From positions 1 to 31,201 of the forward strand of contig JAYUKV010000131.1 in NCBI GenBank assembly GCA_043764135.1: a stretch of 31,201 nt of DNA, written 5' to 3'. Shown in pieces: positions 18,441 through 26,336 of the stretch. This stretch comes from a bacterium. Lineage in GTDB: Bacteria; Patescibacteriota; JACMRA01. The first letter of the stretch is position 1; each line of letters begins with the position of its first letter. A program made the translations under genes and the position numbers. A model generated the notes under the pieces. That model ran no database searches, was not told the origin of the DNA, and was given only the letters and a program-made list of their open reading frames with translations.

Positions 18441-18560
18441 GATGTTTTCGAACTTACCTCGCCCTTGGGGCACTCCTTTCAACCTTGAAAGGAGAGTTTC
18501 TTCGAGGCTGATTTATTTATGTTGTATCAAAGTAATTCAAATAGTAGAAATTCTACTTGT
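18441..18560 (+). repeat. Partial second copy of the 12192 element left end
   Basis: GATGTTTTCGAACTTACCTCGCCCTTGGGGCACTCCTTTCAACCTTGAAAGGAG aligns with 12192-12245 with few substitutions; similarity decays through TAGAAATTCTACTT versus TAGAAACTCTGCTT. Confidence 0.9.
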
Positions 18561-18662
18561 TTTTATTCCCATTTCAGGCGATTAAATAATTTTTGTGTTT
18601 GACATTTTTCATTAAATTCTGCATTGCTTAAAACTACTATTTAAAGCACTGGAGAAAATTCT

Positions 18663-19184
18663 GTGAATACTTCTGACTTAACAATCGCAATTAACACCAA
18701 AACTTCAAACTACGAATTGTATGTACTAATTCCTGAATGCTTAATAGGATATGATCAAACTATTATTGATCAATACGCACATTGCATTTTTAGAACTGTG
18801 GGTAAAAAACTACTATGCAGTGATAAAAATTCGGATAATATTAAAATTGAATCTAGGAGTGTTTTGAATTACTTTAGAACTTTAGGATTGGATGTTGATT
18901 ATCAACATTTATCAGTTGTAAGTTACACCTCCCTACTTTTTTTTCTCAAAATCAAAAAGCGAAGTTTTCTCAAACCCTTTAAATTCGAATCTTGTTCTTT
19001 TTCTCAAATATCAACTTTACAAGAACAGCTCTGTGATTTTTCACTGTCTCTTGTAAACTTGATAGATTCCCAATCGTTAGAAGCAATAATCAAGCATAAA
19101 ATTCCATTTGAAAATGTGTTCGATTCTGCTATATTTACACGATGTTTTGAGAGTGTAAATAGTAACAAATTTACCTTTGTATAA
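18663..19184 (+). CDS. Hypothetical protein, 173 aa (GTG start)
   Basis: GGAG SD 8 nt upstream, TTGACA at 18599-18604, terminator at 19201. Confidence 0.75.
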   Translation: MNTSDLTIAINTKTSNYELYVLIPECLIGYDQTIIDQYAHCIFRTVGKKLLCSDKNSDNIKIESRSVLNYFRTLGLDVDYQHLSVVSYTSLLFFLKIKKRSFLKPFKFESCSFSQISTLQEQLCDFSLSLVNLIDSQSLEAIIKHKIPFENVFDSAIFTRCFESVNSNKFTFV

Positions 19185-19200
19185 ACTAATAATGAATAAC

Positions 19201-19228
19201 ACTGACATATGCATGTCAGTATTTTTTT
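19201..19228 (+). terminator. Intrinsic terminator
   Basis: ACTGACAT/ATGTCAGT stem followed by A plus T7; the T-tract overlaps the next -35 box. Confidence 0.8.
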
Positions 19229-19255
19229 GACATTAATCTAATTGTAAAATATAAT
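19227..19255 (+). promoter_or_regulatory. Perfect consensus sigma70 promoter
   Basis: TTGACA (19227-19232)-N17-TATAAT (19250-19255). Confidence 0.85.
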
Positions 19256-19261
19256 AAAAGA

Positions 19262-19365
19262 GAAACACAGATTCGAAAAATATATCTACTACCAAACCTG
19301 GAAATTTTGGAAGAAGGTATCCTGGATTTTGATAATGATTAGCCCTTAGTGGGCTTTGTTTTTTT
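19262..19365 (+). ncRNA. Candidate orphan small RNA of about 100 nt
   Basis: Lies between a perfect promoter and a terminator; no SD-led ORF (the only ATG gives MISP*); family not recognised. Confidence 0.5.
19341..19365 (+). terminator. Intrinsic terminator oriented on the + strand, abutting the recJ 3' end
   Basis: AGCCC-TTAGT-GGGCT followed by TTGTTTTTTT. Confidence 0.75.
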
Positions 19366-19371
19366 GGCTCA

Positions 19372-21135
19372 TTAACGAGTTATAATTTTATCAATTATCA
19401 TTTGATTGGTAACATTGGAATTAAAAATATTCTTGCTTACTTTGAATAAAACAAAGATTGGCTTTGTTTCTTCAAGAATTAATTTGTCAGTTGTATCAAG
19501 ATTGAACATAACAAAACTCCATTTATCCATTTTTATTCTTACATGATTCTGGTGTTGACCCATATAAGTAATTGTGAAATTTGTGATTTTTGTTAAAAAT
19601 TTTGGCATTTGAAAATCTTGACCAAAAGGCTCTAAACTACTCAAGTCATTAAACAGTGATTCAGAAATGTCTTTGGGTTCTAGATATATTGTATTTTTGC
19701 GATTAAAGTCAGGTAGACTGAGGGATTGAGGAATATAGTTAGCTTTTGTTTCTGGAGTTGGGGTGTAGCCTGATAAAATTCTTTCGAATTCTTCCCCTAC
19801 TAGCTCACAATATTCATTTTCGCAGCTAAAACCAGCCGCTTCTGGATGACCTCCAAACTTCTTTAACAATCCCGGTTTTACTTGTTTCATTATTTCAACT
19901 AAATTATATCCTTTTGGTGCTCTTAGAGAAGCTGAAGAGTAAGACTCAGGGTCTTTGGAGATAACTACAGAGACTTTGTTATTCATATCTAATAATTTGG
20001 TTGCTATTAATCCTACTATTCCTTTTGAATAGTCTGTTATTAAATAATTACAATGTGTATCATCTTCGACTAGTGTTAAAGCGGTTGTTGATGCTTCTTT
20101 TACCATTTGCTTTCTTTGATTGTTTATATCGATGATTGTTTGGGCTAGGTTATGGGCTTCTTCTTCGTTTGAAGTGCATAATAACTTGATAGCAACATTT
20201 GCATGGTCAATTCTTCCTGCGGCGTTTAACATAGGTGCTAATGTATAACCTAAATCTTGACTTGATAGTAGTCCTAGCTCTATTTTATCTGATAATCCTG
20301 CTAAATTGATTAGAGCTTTTAAGCCTTTGAATTTTGACATTGATTGTGGAAACATTTTAAGACCTGCTTTTACCAATAGCCGGTTTTGGTTGTCTCTGAT
20401 TGACTGGCAGTCAGCAATTGTTCCAATTGCTACAAATGGAAGTAGTAGATTAAGCAAGTTAGGATTTAGATTTAAATGGTTTGTAAGATGTAAAAGACAA
20501 AACCACACCACACCTACCCCACATACAGATGGAGATACAAAATCTTCTTTAATCGGTAACCTAAACTCTTGATTACTAAAACTATTTTCAAAAGTGCTTT
20601 CCCTCATTCTTCTTGCAAGATAATTCTTTTGGTATTCTTCTGTAAGCCTTGGATTGATAACGGCCAGTGCTTGGGGAATTGTACCTGATAGAACGTGGTG
20701 ATCTGTAATTATTAAATCACATTCAGAATCTAGGCATATTGAGGCTTCTATAACTGAATTTATTCCGCAGTCTACTGATATTATTAGATCATTTGATTTT
20801 GCAAGTTTGGATATGGCTTCTGGATTAATTCCATATCCTTCAATAAATCGGTCCGGAGCATAATATGAAATCTTGTCAGGATTAAAACCTAACAGAATCA
20901 AGCCCCAATACATAGTTGCTGTCGCAGTTATGGCGTCTGCATCGTAGTCTGAATATATGCATATTTTTTCTTGCTTATCTAATGCTGTTTTAAGACGGGT
21001 ATTAAAGTGTTCAACTTCGACCAAATAAGGAGCTTGTATATCAAAACTCTCTCGATCTATACTTGTAAAGAACTTACTATACTTGCTTGTAGTAAATTCA
21101 AATCGATTAAGGTATTCAAGGAGCTTTATATTCAT
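19372..21135 (-). CDS. recJ: Single-stranded-DNA-specific exonuclease RecJ
   Basis: IYSDYDADAITA, PDRFIEGYG, ISVDCG, ITDHH, AIGTIAD, LAPMLNAAGRI, SLRAP, FGGHPEAAG, LEPFG. Confidence 0.95.
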   Translation of the reverse strand: MNIKLLEYLNRFEFTTSKYSKFFTSIDRESFDIQAPYLVEVEHFNTRLKTALDKQEKICIYSDYDADAITATATMYWGLILLGFNPDKISYYAPDRFIEGYGINPEAISKLAKSNDLIISVDCGINSVIEASICLDSECDLIITDHHVLSGTIPQALAVINPRLTEEYQKNYLARRMRESTFENSFSNQEFRLPIKEDFVSPSVCGVGVVWFCLLHLTNHLNLNPNLLNLLLPFVAIGTIADCQSIRDNQNRLLVKAGLKMFPQSMSKFKGLKALINLAGLSDKIELGLLSSQDLGYTLAPMLNAAGRIDHANVAIKLLCTSNEEEAHNLAQTIIDINNQRKQMVKEASTTALTLVEDDTHCNYLITDYSKGIVGLIATKLLDMNNKVSVVISKDPESYSSASLRAPKGYNLVEIMKQVKPGLLKKFGGHPEAAGFSCENEYCELVGEEFERILSGYTPTPETKANYIPQSLSLPDFNRKNTIYLEPKDISESLFNDLSSLEPFGQDFQMPKFLTKITNFTITYMGQHQNHVRIKMDKWSFVMFNLDTTDKLILEETKPIFVLFKVSKNIFNSNVTNQMIIDKIITR

Positions 21136-21214
21136 AATAATTTTAGTATTATACTACTAATCGATATTGTATAGTAGTAGTTGTTGATAACAATCCATTT
21201 TCAAAATTAATCCC

Positions 21215-21256
21215 AAAAAAAATATCACCCCAATTCAAAAAATGAATTGTGGTGAT
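21215..21256 (-). terminator. Terminator of the lipoprotein gene
   Basis: ATCACC-C-CAATTCA / TGAATTG-T-GGTGAT stem followed by ATTTTTTTT on the minus strand. Confidence 0.8.
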
Positions 21257-21280
21257 TTGAGTGAGCCAAATATCAGGCTA

Positions 21281-22837
21281 CTACTTTGCTCCTGTAAGCT
21301 TCGGGAAACGATTATTAACAAAGTCAGGAGTATCCTTGATCATTGCTTCTAATTGTTGCTGAGACTGTGGGAGTTTGTAGATGCGTCGTAATGGATCTGC
21401 AAATGCTACTTGAGCATTTGTATAATCACGGTTTTTACCATTGTAGGGGTAATTCTTTGTGATTGTGACTTTGTCTCCATCTAAGACAGTCACTTTGATT
21501 TGATCACCCGCTTGTTCACCTCTAAAGACTAATGCTTTGAGATTGGCATTTGGGTTGATTTTAAGAATTTCGGCTTCAAGATCCTTTTGGATTGTAGGGT
21601 TGTCTTTTTTCAGTGAATTGAATGTCCACTTATTTGCAGCTCTGGTTAACCAGGTTTGTTTTGTTGTAAACTTGGTGGAAGTTCCAGAGTTGTGATAGAA
21701 AACCCGCGCCAAAGCTGAACGAATTTGTTCAGTCTCTAGCTTAGTAAGATCGATTGGATCACCAAAACCAGTGTAGAAAATTTTATCATTTCCTACAATC
21801 CCGAGTTTCTGCAATACATCGATATAATCAACTTTGGATAGCACGCCTTTAGGATAGGAGGTGGATTCCTTTTCTTTTGTAAATTTAATGTCGCAATTTG
21901 TGCTAATTAAACAAAGTTGATCTTTGAGTTCAGGATAGTTAACGATTTTGCTACCCATCACATCATACAACCGAATAATGTTATCAATGTTAGCGTAAAT
22001 TTGAATTAATTCGCTAACACCACCTAGCCCGAGTTGGTTAGATTGATCAATGAAATACAAGTAAAGGGAAGTTGATGGATCAACAATTCCATATTTACCA
22101 ACCATACTTACAACCTGATCTGCATTTTTCCTTAGACCAACTGAGTAAGAAACTCCGATATCATAAGGCAGATTAGTGTCATAATAAAGGTCCCTGATTT
22201 GTTCCAGTGTCATGGATTCGACTTGAGCAAGTGTTTTGCCTGCTTTAGCAAATGCATCGGCACATACTTTTCGTAACTCAGAGTCATTTGGTCGATCTTC
22301 AAAACAATTGACCGAATAGAAACCCGCATTGACTTTTCCAAATTCAATATTTCCGGGCTTTGCTACTCGTTTCGAGCTACCAGGGTCTAAGTGAGCATTA
22401 TAATTTTCACTTAAATTGAATCTGTCTTCAAAAACTGCGTTACCCTCGGGGATTGCAAGTATTAAATCAATTGTGTGGATTTTTTTGGAGCTTCCCAAAT
22501 CGATCCATTCACGAATAAATCCTTTCTTGGTAAAAATCCCAAAGGTTTCCGGAGGTTTTTGAGATTCAGCATCAACTTTCCTAAACTCTTGACCTTTAAA
22601 AGTCACAAATTTAGATTCGCTACTATTACTCATCGCAAGCGGCATAGCTTTAGTAGGGGTCTCACCAAAAGAAATCTGAATTTCAGAATTGGCGTTTGTC
22701 TGAGATTGAGGTTCTGTTTGAACTTTTGTTTGCACAGGCTCATTAGGTTTATTTCCACAAGCTGCAAGGCTCAACAGCGTAAAAACAATACAACCGTGAA
22801 TTACCACTCGTTGTGACATACGTTTTGACAACACCAT
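21281..22837 (-). CDS. Predicted lipoprotein of unknown function, 518 aa
   Basis: AAGGAG SD; basic N-terminus, hydrophobic stretch, lipobox LAAC, then a P/Q/T linker. Confidence 0.8.
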   Translation of the reverse strand: MVLSKRMSQRVVIHGCIVFTLLSLAACGNKPNEPVQTKVQTEPQSQTNANSEIQISFGETPTKAMPLAMSNSSESKFVTFKGQEFRKVDAESQKPPETFGIFTKKGFIREWIDLGSSKKIHTIDLILAIPEGNAVFEDRFNLSENYNAHLDPGSSKRVAKPGNIEFGKVNAGFYSVNCFEDRPNDSELRKVCADAFAKAGKTLAQVESMTLEQIRDLYYDTNLPYDIGVSYSVGLRKNADQVVSMVGKYGIVDPSTSLYLYFIDQSNQLGLGGVSELIQIYANIDNIIRLYDVMGSKIVNYPELKDQLCLISTNCDIKFTKEKESTSYPKGVLSKVDYIDVLQKLGIVGNDKIFYTGFGDPIDLTKLETEQIRSALARVFYHNSGTSTKFTTKQTWLTRAANKWTFNSLKKDNPTIQKDLEAEILKINPNANLKALVFRGEQAGDQIKVTVLDGDKVTITKNYPYNGKNRDYTNAQVAFADPLRRIYKLPQSQQQLEAMIKDTPDFVNNRFPKLTGAK

Positions 22838-22919
22838 GTCTACTCTCCTTAATTTAGTTAAATAGGGCTAATTTATAGTTACCTTAGAAAACAATAAATG
22901 TCAATTTATTATTCTTAGA

Positions 22920-22956
22920 AAAAAAATTACCACTCATAATAAATATTATGAGTGGT
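22920..22956 (-). terminator. Terminator of ORF 22968..23426
   Basis: Perfect 12-bp stem ACCACTCATAAT/ATTATGAGTGGT followed by AATTTTTTT. Confidence 0.85.
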
Positions 22957-22967
22957 TGAATTAGAAA

Positions 22968-23426
22968 CTAATACTCAGTCTCGTAAGAGTAATCATTTAC
23001 GATTTGACCGCTTACAACCTCTGGTTCGTCGTCTAAATCTTTAAGACTATATGTAAAGATCTCCATTTGGAGTAGCTCTTTTTTGATTCGAACACTTCGT
23101 AGTAACAAATCAAAATTACCCTCAAAGTAAATTGTTAACAATTCAGATTGAATTTCTTGTATCATTTCACATTTAAACATTCTTTCGTTGAACGTTTTAG
23201 AAGAGCTATCTCCGTAACCAGAATTTGTAGGAATTTGTGTAGCAAATTTTGCAATTAGCTCTTCTCTAATATTCTGATAAAGAATTTCAGGATCAGCCAT
23301 GATAAACTCTTCTAACAGCATTCCCCCACAACACTCATAGAGTATAGTGACAACAGTTGGGTTAATTTTTGTTGTTTTTTCAACTCTTAGAAAGGCTTGT
23401 TTGCAAGTTGTAAACATATGTGTCAT
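22968..23426 (-). CDS. Hypothetical acidic protein, 152 aa
   Basis: GAGGT SD 5 nt before ATG; own terminator. Confidence 0.78.
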   Translation of the reverse strand: MTHMFTTCKQAFLRVEKTTKINPTVVTILYECCGGMLLEEFIMADPEILYQNIREELIAKFATQIPTNSGYGDSSSKTFNERMFKCEMIQEIQSELLTIYFEGNFDLLLRSVRIKKELLQMEIFTYSLKDLDDEPEVVSGQIVNDYSYETEY

Positions 23427-23483
23427 TATGGACCTCTTTAAAAATAATTGACTACAGTTAAATACCTATCACAGTTTTTTGAT

Positions 23484-24446
23484 TTAATCAAGGTCCTCTC
23501 CAAAAATCACTCCATCATCTTCAATTTCTGTTAAAATATTGCTAAAATCTGACTGTCTTGAAGTTCTCTCTAAAAACTTTAAAGATATATTAGGTTGCTT
23601 TAATTGATCTAATTTATCTGTTACAAAACCAGAAAATCTTACTGATGGAAGTGTAGATATGAACTCAAGATTAATTCCATAAATCTGTGATGCCCAATAT
23701 GCAACCTCTCGCGTATCAAAATATACCTTTGTTTCAGAAATATAACTTGGATTAGCCTCATCTATGATTACAATCAAATCGTAATTTATAATGGTTGTAA
23801 ATAGCTCGTTTTTGGTAGAAAAATTAACTAAGACTTGATCGTTTTGAGAAAACAATTCTGTATATGCTTTACTTAATTTCTTATTACTGGTTGAAGTTAG
23901 ATCATTGATAAGAAAATTGGAAGATTCTAAAGAGATTGATAATGATTGTGTTATTTGTTCAATAAGTTTTTTTATTAATTTCTTTTCCGGTGTAATTATT
24001 AGAATCTTTTTGTTAGCTTTAGAATATAATAAATCGGTTATTCTATTGGACCAATTGGTTGTTATATTATAATTAATTGATGAGTTAGAAGATTTTGCAC
24101 TTAATTCTAGACCTGATAAAGATTCATTTTTATCTATCAAAATCTCAAAAGGCTTAACTCCATAATTCAAAAAATTCCCAAAGCTATTAAACGTCAAAAA
24201 ACCAACCTTTATATAAAACTCCATCTGCTCTTCTGGCAAAACATATTCAAACGCTTTACTTATTGTTTTAAGATTTTTAATATTTTCTGGTTCTAGCTGT
24301 GACTCACCATTTATAACCGCATAATATTGGGTTGTTTTTATCTCAACCATACAAAGTTGCCCTCTACTTAATTCTACATCACTAGAATAAGTCAACGACT
24401 CAAAAGGCAAATTAGGTTTGGCTACAAATAGATTATATAAATACAT
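23484..24446 (-). CDS. priA: Truncated, degenerate PriA-like protein (3'-DNA-binding domain plus helicase lobe 1 only); likely start ATG 24446, 320 aa
   Basis: LTYSSDVELSRGQLCMVEI resembles the PriA 3'BD; KKILIITPE resembles motif Ia; VIIDEANPSY...FDTREVA...GINLEFISTLPS resembles IVIDEEHDSSY...YHARDLA...IPIILGSATPA. No GxGKT, Cys-rich region or lobe 2. Confidence 0.65.
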   Translation of the reverse strand: MYLYNLFVAKPNLPFESLTYSSDVELSRGQLCMVEIKTTQYYAVINGESQLEPENIKNLKTISKAFEYVLPEEQMEFYIKVGFLTFNSFGNFLNYGVKPFEILIDKNESLSGLELSAKSSNSSINYNITTNWSNRITDLLYSKANKKILIITPEKKLIKKLIEQITQSLSISLESSNFLINDLTSTSNKKLSKAYTELFSQNDQVLVNFSTKNELFTTIINYDLIVIIDEANPSYISETKVYFDTREVAYWASQIYGINLEFISTLPSVRFSGFVTDKLDQLKQPNISLKFLERTSRQSDFSNILTEIEDDGVIFGEDLD

Positions 24447-24534
24447 ATGATAAGAAAAAAAGATATATGTCCAAATAATAAATAAAATCCCCCACTTATG
24501 CAAGTTTAACAAATACTCTTGTTTTGGCGTAAAG

Positions 24535-24574
24535 ATAAAAAATAAGCCTGTTTAATCATTAATTAAACAGGCTT
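24535..24574 (-). terminator. Terminator of ORF 24638..25156
   Basis: Perfect 13-bp stem AAGCCTGTTTAAT/ATTAAACAGGCTT followed by ATTTTTT. Confidence 0.8.
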
Positions 24575-24637
24575 TGGGTAACCTTTGATCAATCTTTTCT
24601 TTTTTTACTTTGATGCATAATGATAAAGGTTAAATCA

Positions 24638-25156
24638 TTAAGGAATAATACAGCCAACAGAATAATTCTGTGTGAAAGTATATCTTTGTAGCTTTTGTTC
24701 GTCTGTAGTATCAGGCACTTGATAGACTTTGAGACATATATCACTGATAGGAACAAGCTCGCCATCCAATACATAACAGAATTGTTTTGATTGATCGTTG
24801 ATTGTGTAGACTGAACCAATTTGATCATTTATCATTTTTTTAATTCTAAGCTTAGGTGAAAAACTACTAGTCAATTCCCTATCAAACAAAAAATTAACAG
24901 AATCTGGATCAGCACTAATACCAGCCAAAAAAATTTCATCTACCCCAATTCTTGATTGTAAACCCAAGATAGAAAACAATTCAATGTTGATTTGATAGAA
25001 AATATCTTCTTCAATTGAGTTAATAAAACCAGTCAATTCATTAATTAAATTTACCATTTTTAACTGTAATTGTTGAAATGGTAACAAAGTATTAAAATTA
25101 ACAATATCGTTTAAACTAAGCATTCTGGTAGTATAAATCAGTTTAGAGTGTTGCAC
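24638..25156 (-). CDS. Hypothetical protein, about 160-172 aa
   Basis: ORF with downstream terminator; start uncertain (GTG 25156 or ATG 25123). Confidence 0.7.
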   Translation of the reverse strand: MQHSKLIYTTRMLSLNDIVNFNTLLPFQQLQLKMVNLINELTGFINSIEEDIFYQINIELFSILGLQSRIGVDEIFLAGISADPDSVNFLFDRELTSSFSPKLRIKKMINDQIGSVYTINDQSKQFCYVLDGELVPISDICLKVYQVPDTTDEQKLQRYTFTQNYSVGCIIP

Positions 25157-25203
25157 AGCGTTTTACCTAATAAAGTATTTTTTATTTTGTAGCATACTAG
25201 TTT

Positions 25204-25227
25204 AGATTTGCCAAGAGATTTGCCAAG
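25204..25227 (+). repeat. 12-bp tandem direct repeat AGATTTGCCAAG x2
   Basis: Exact adjacent duplication in a divergent intergenic region. Confidence 0.9.
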
Positions 25228-25291
25228 ATACAATAGGAATGTTAAACATCTATTTGCACCTTTTACTACAATTTAATGTTGTATTTTTACA

Positions 25292-25927
25292 ATGCTGGTA
25301 ATTGAACAACTTGGTAACGCAGTTGAAACAAGTAAGCAAACATTTTTTTCTAAATCAGAAAGAAAATATACTCTACTTGAACAAAACGGAAAATGTCTTA
25401 AAGTATTTAGAAAAAATTTAGAACAAAATATCAATTGGGACCACAGATATGAAAATGTGCTTGAATATCTCGAATGGTTTCTTTATGACTATTTAATCAC
25501 AAATTCCAAGTCAGATTCACCTTACTTTAAAGCACTGCATCAGCTTATTCATTTAATCAATCATCTGGAAAAAGATGATTCTATCACGGTTGAATTATTG
25601 CTTGATATGTTTTTGCTCAAAGCTTTGCTTAGTCATTGTGACAATTCCACAAGTAAGGAGGAGTTAATTACAATAGCATATGAAATTTCAAGCCAAATCA
25701 AAACCTTACCTTACTCACCCTCAATTCAGAGTTTAAATTTGAGAGTTAACATACAATCAGCTATCGAAAATTTCGATTGGACTAAAATCCTTCTTTACGA
25801 CTTTAGTGAAGTAAATTGCAATGATTGTGTTTTTTATTTTGCAGGCGAAAAAGATTTGAATATGTTTTTTGATTACTGTACCCATTACCTGATCGGAGCA
25901 GAAAAGATCTTAGTTCTAGACTTATAA
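25292..25927 (+). CDS. Hypothetical protein, 211 aa
   Basis: ATG-led ORF, helical composition, no motif recognised. Confidence 0.75.
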   Translation: MLVIEQLGNAVETSKQTFFSKSERKYTLLEQNGKCLKVFRKNLEQNINWDHRYENVLEYLEWFLYDYLITNSKSDSPYFKALHQLIHLINHLEKDDSITVELLLDMFLLKALLSHCDNSTSKEELITIAYEISSQIKTLPYSPSIQSLNLRVNIQSAIENFDWTKILLYDFSEVNCNDCVFYFAGEKDLNMFFDYCTHYLIGAEKILVLDL

Positions 25928-25995
25928 CTTGACGATTAGAGCAAGATAAGTTAATTCTTTATTTAGTCCTTTTGGAAATTAAAACGGGTATTAAT

Positions 25996-26193
25996 ATGGA
26001 TGACTGTTGTGACTGCGATGTTTGCCAACCAATTGAATGTTGTGGTGAAGTTGTTTCATTTTCCATTATAGGTGTTGGGCTAATTTTGTTAGTTGTTGGT
26101 GCTTTAGTTTTCTTGGGAGTTAGAACTCTAGATAACAACAATAACCAGCCAGGGCCAAGATTCCAACAAAGAAACTCTTTAATCCTCAAATAG
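25996..26193 (+). CDS. Small Cys-rich single-TM protein (65 aa from ATG 25996; ORF track starts at 25972)
   Basis: MDDCCDCDVCQPIECC followed by an approximately 23-aa hydrophobic helix and a polar tail; terminator at 26232. Confidence 0.65.
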   Translation: MDDCCDCDVCQPIECCGEVVSFSIIGVGLILLVVGALVFLGVRTLDNNNNQPGPRFQQRNSLILK

Positions 26194-26231
26194 TTTTTTA
26201 GTTTTAATTACGATTTATTTCTTAAATTACC

Positions 26232-26261
26232 TCACCAATACTTTTTGGTGAATTTTTTTTT
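26232..26261 (+). terminator. Intrinsic terminator
   Basis: TCACCAA/TTGGTGA stem followed by A plus T9. Confidence 0.8.
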
Positions 26262-26336
26262 GACTTCAGTACTATTGACTAATATTTAAGATTTATATAA
26301 TAGTATTGTTACTCTTAAACATTTGGCGAATATTCA

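Noticed and set aside
19262-19365. SRP RNA, tRNA or tmRNA assignment for the candidate sRNA
   Set aside because: Lacks the SRP helix-8 motif, a cloverleaf/TTCGA T-loop and tmRNA termini.
4201-21135. Alternative genetic code 25 (TGA=Gly) as in Gracilibacteria/Absconditabacteria
   Set aside because: leuS, recJ, dus and pilB are full length under code 11 with ordinary Gly codons, and TGA serves as a stop at 14118-14120.
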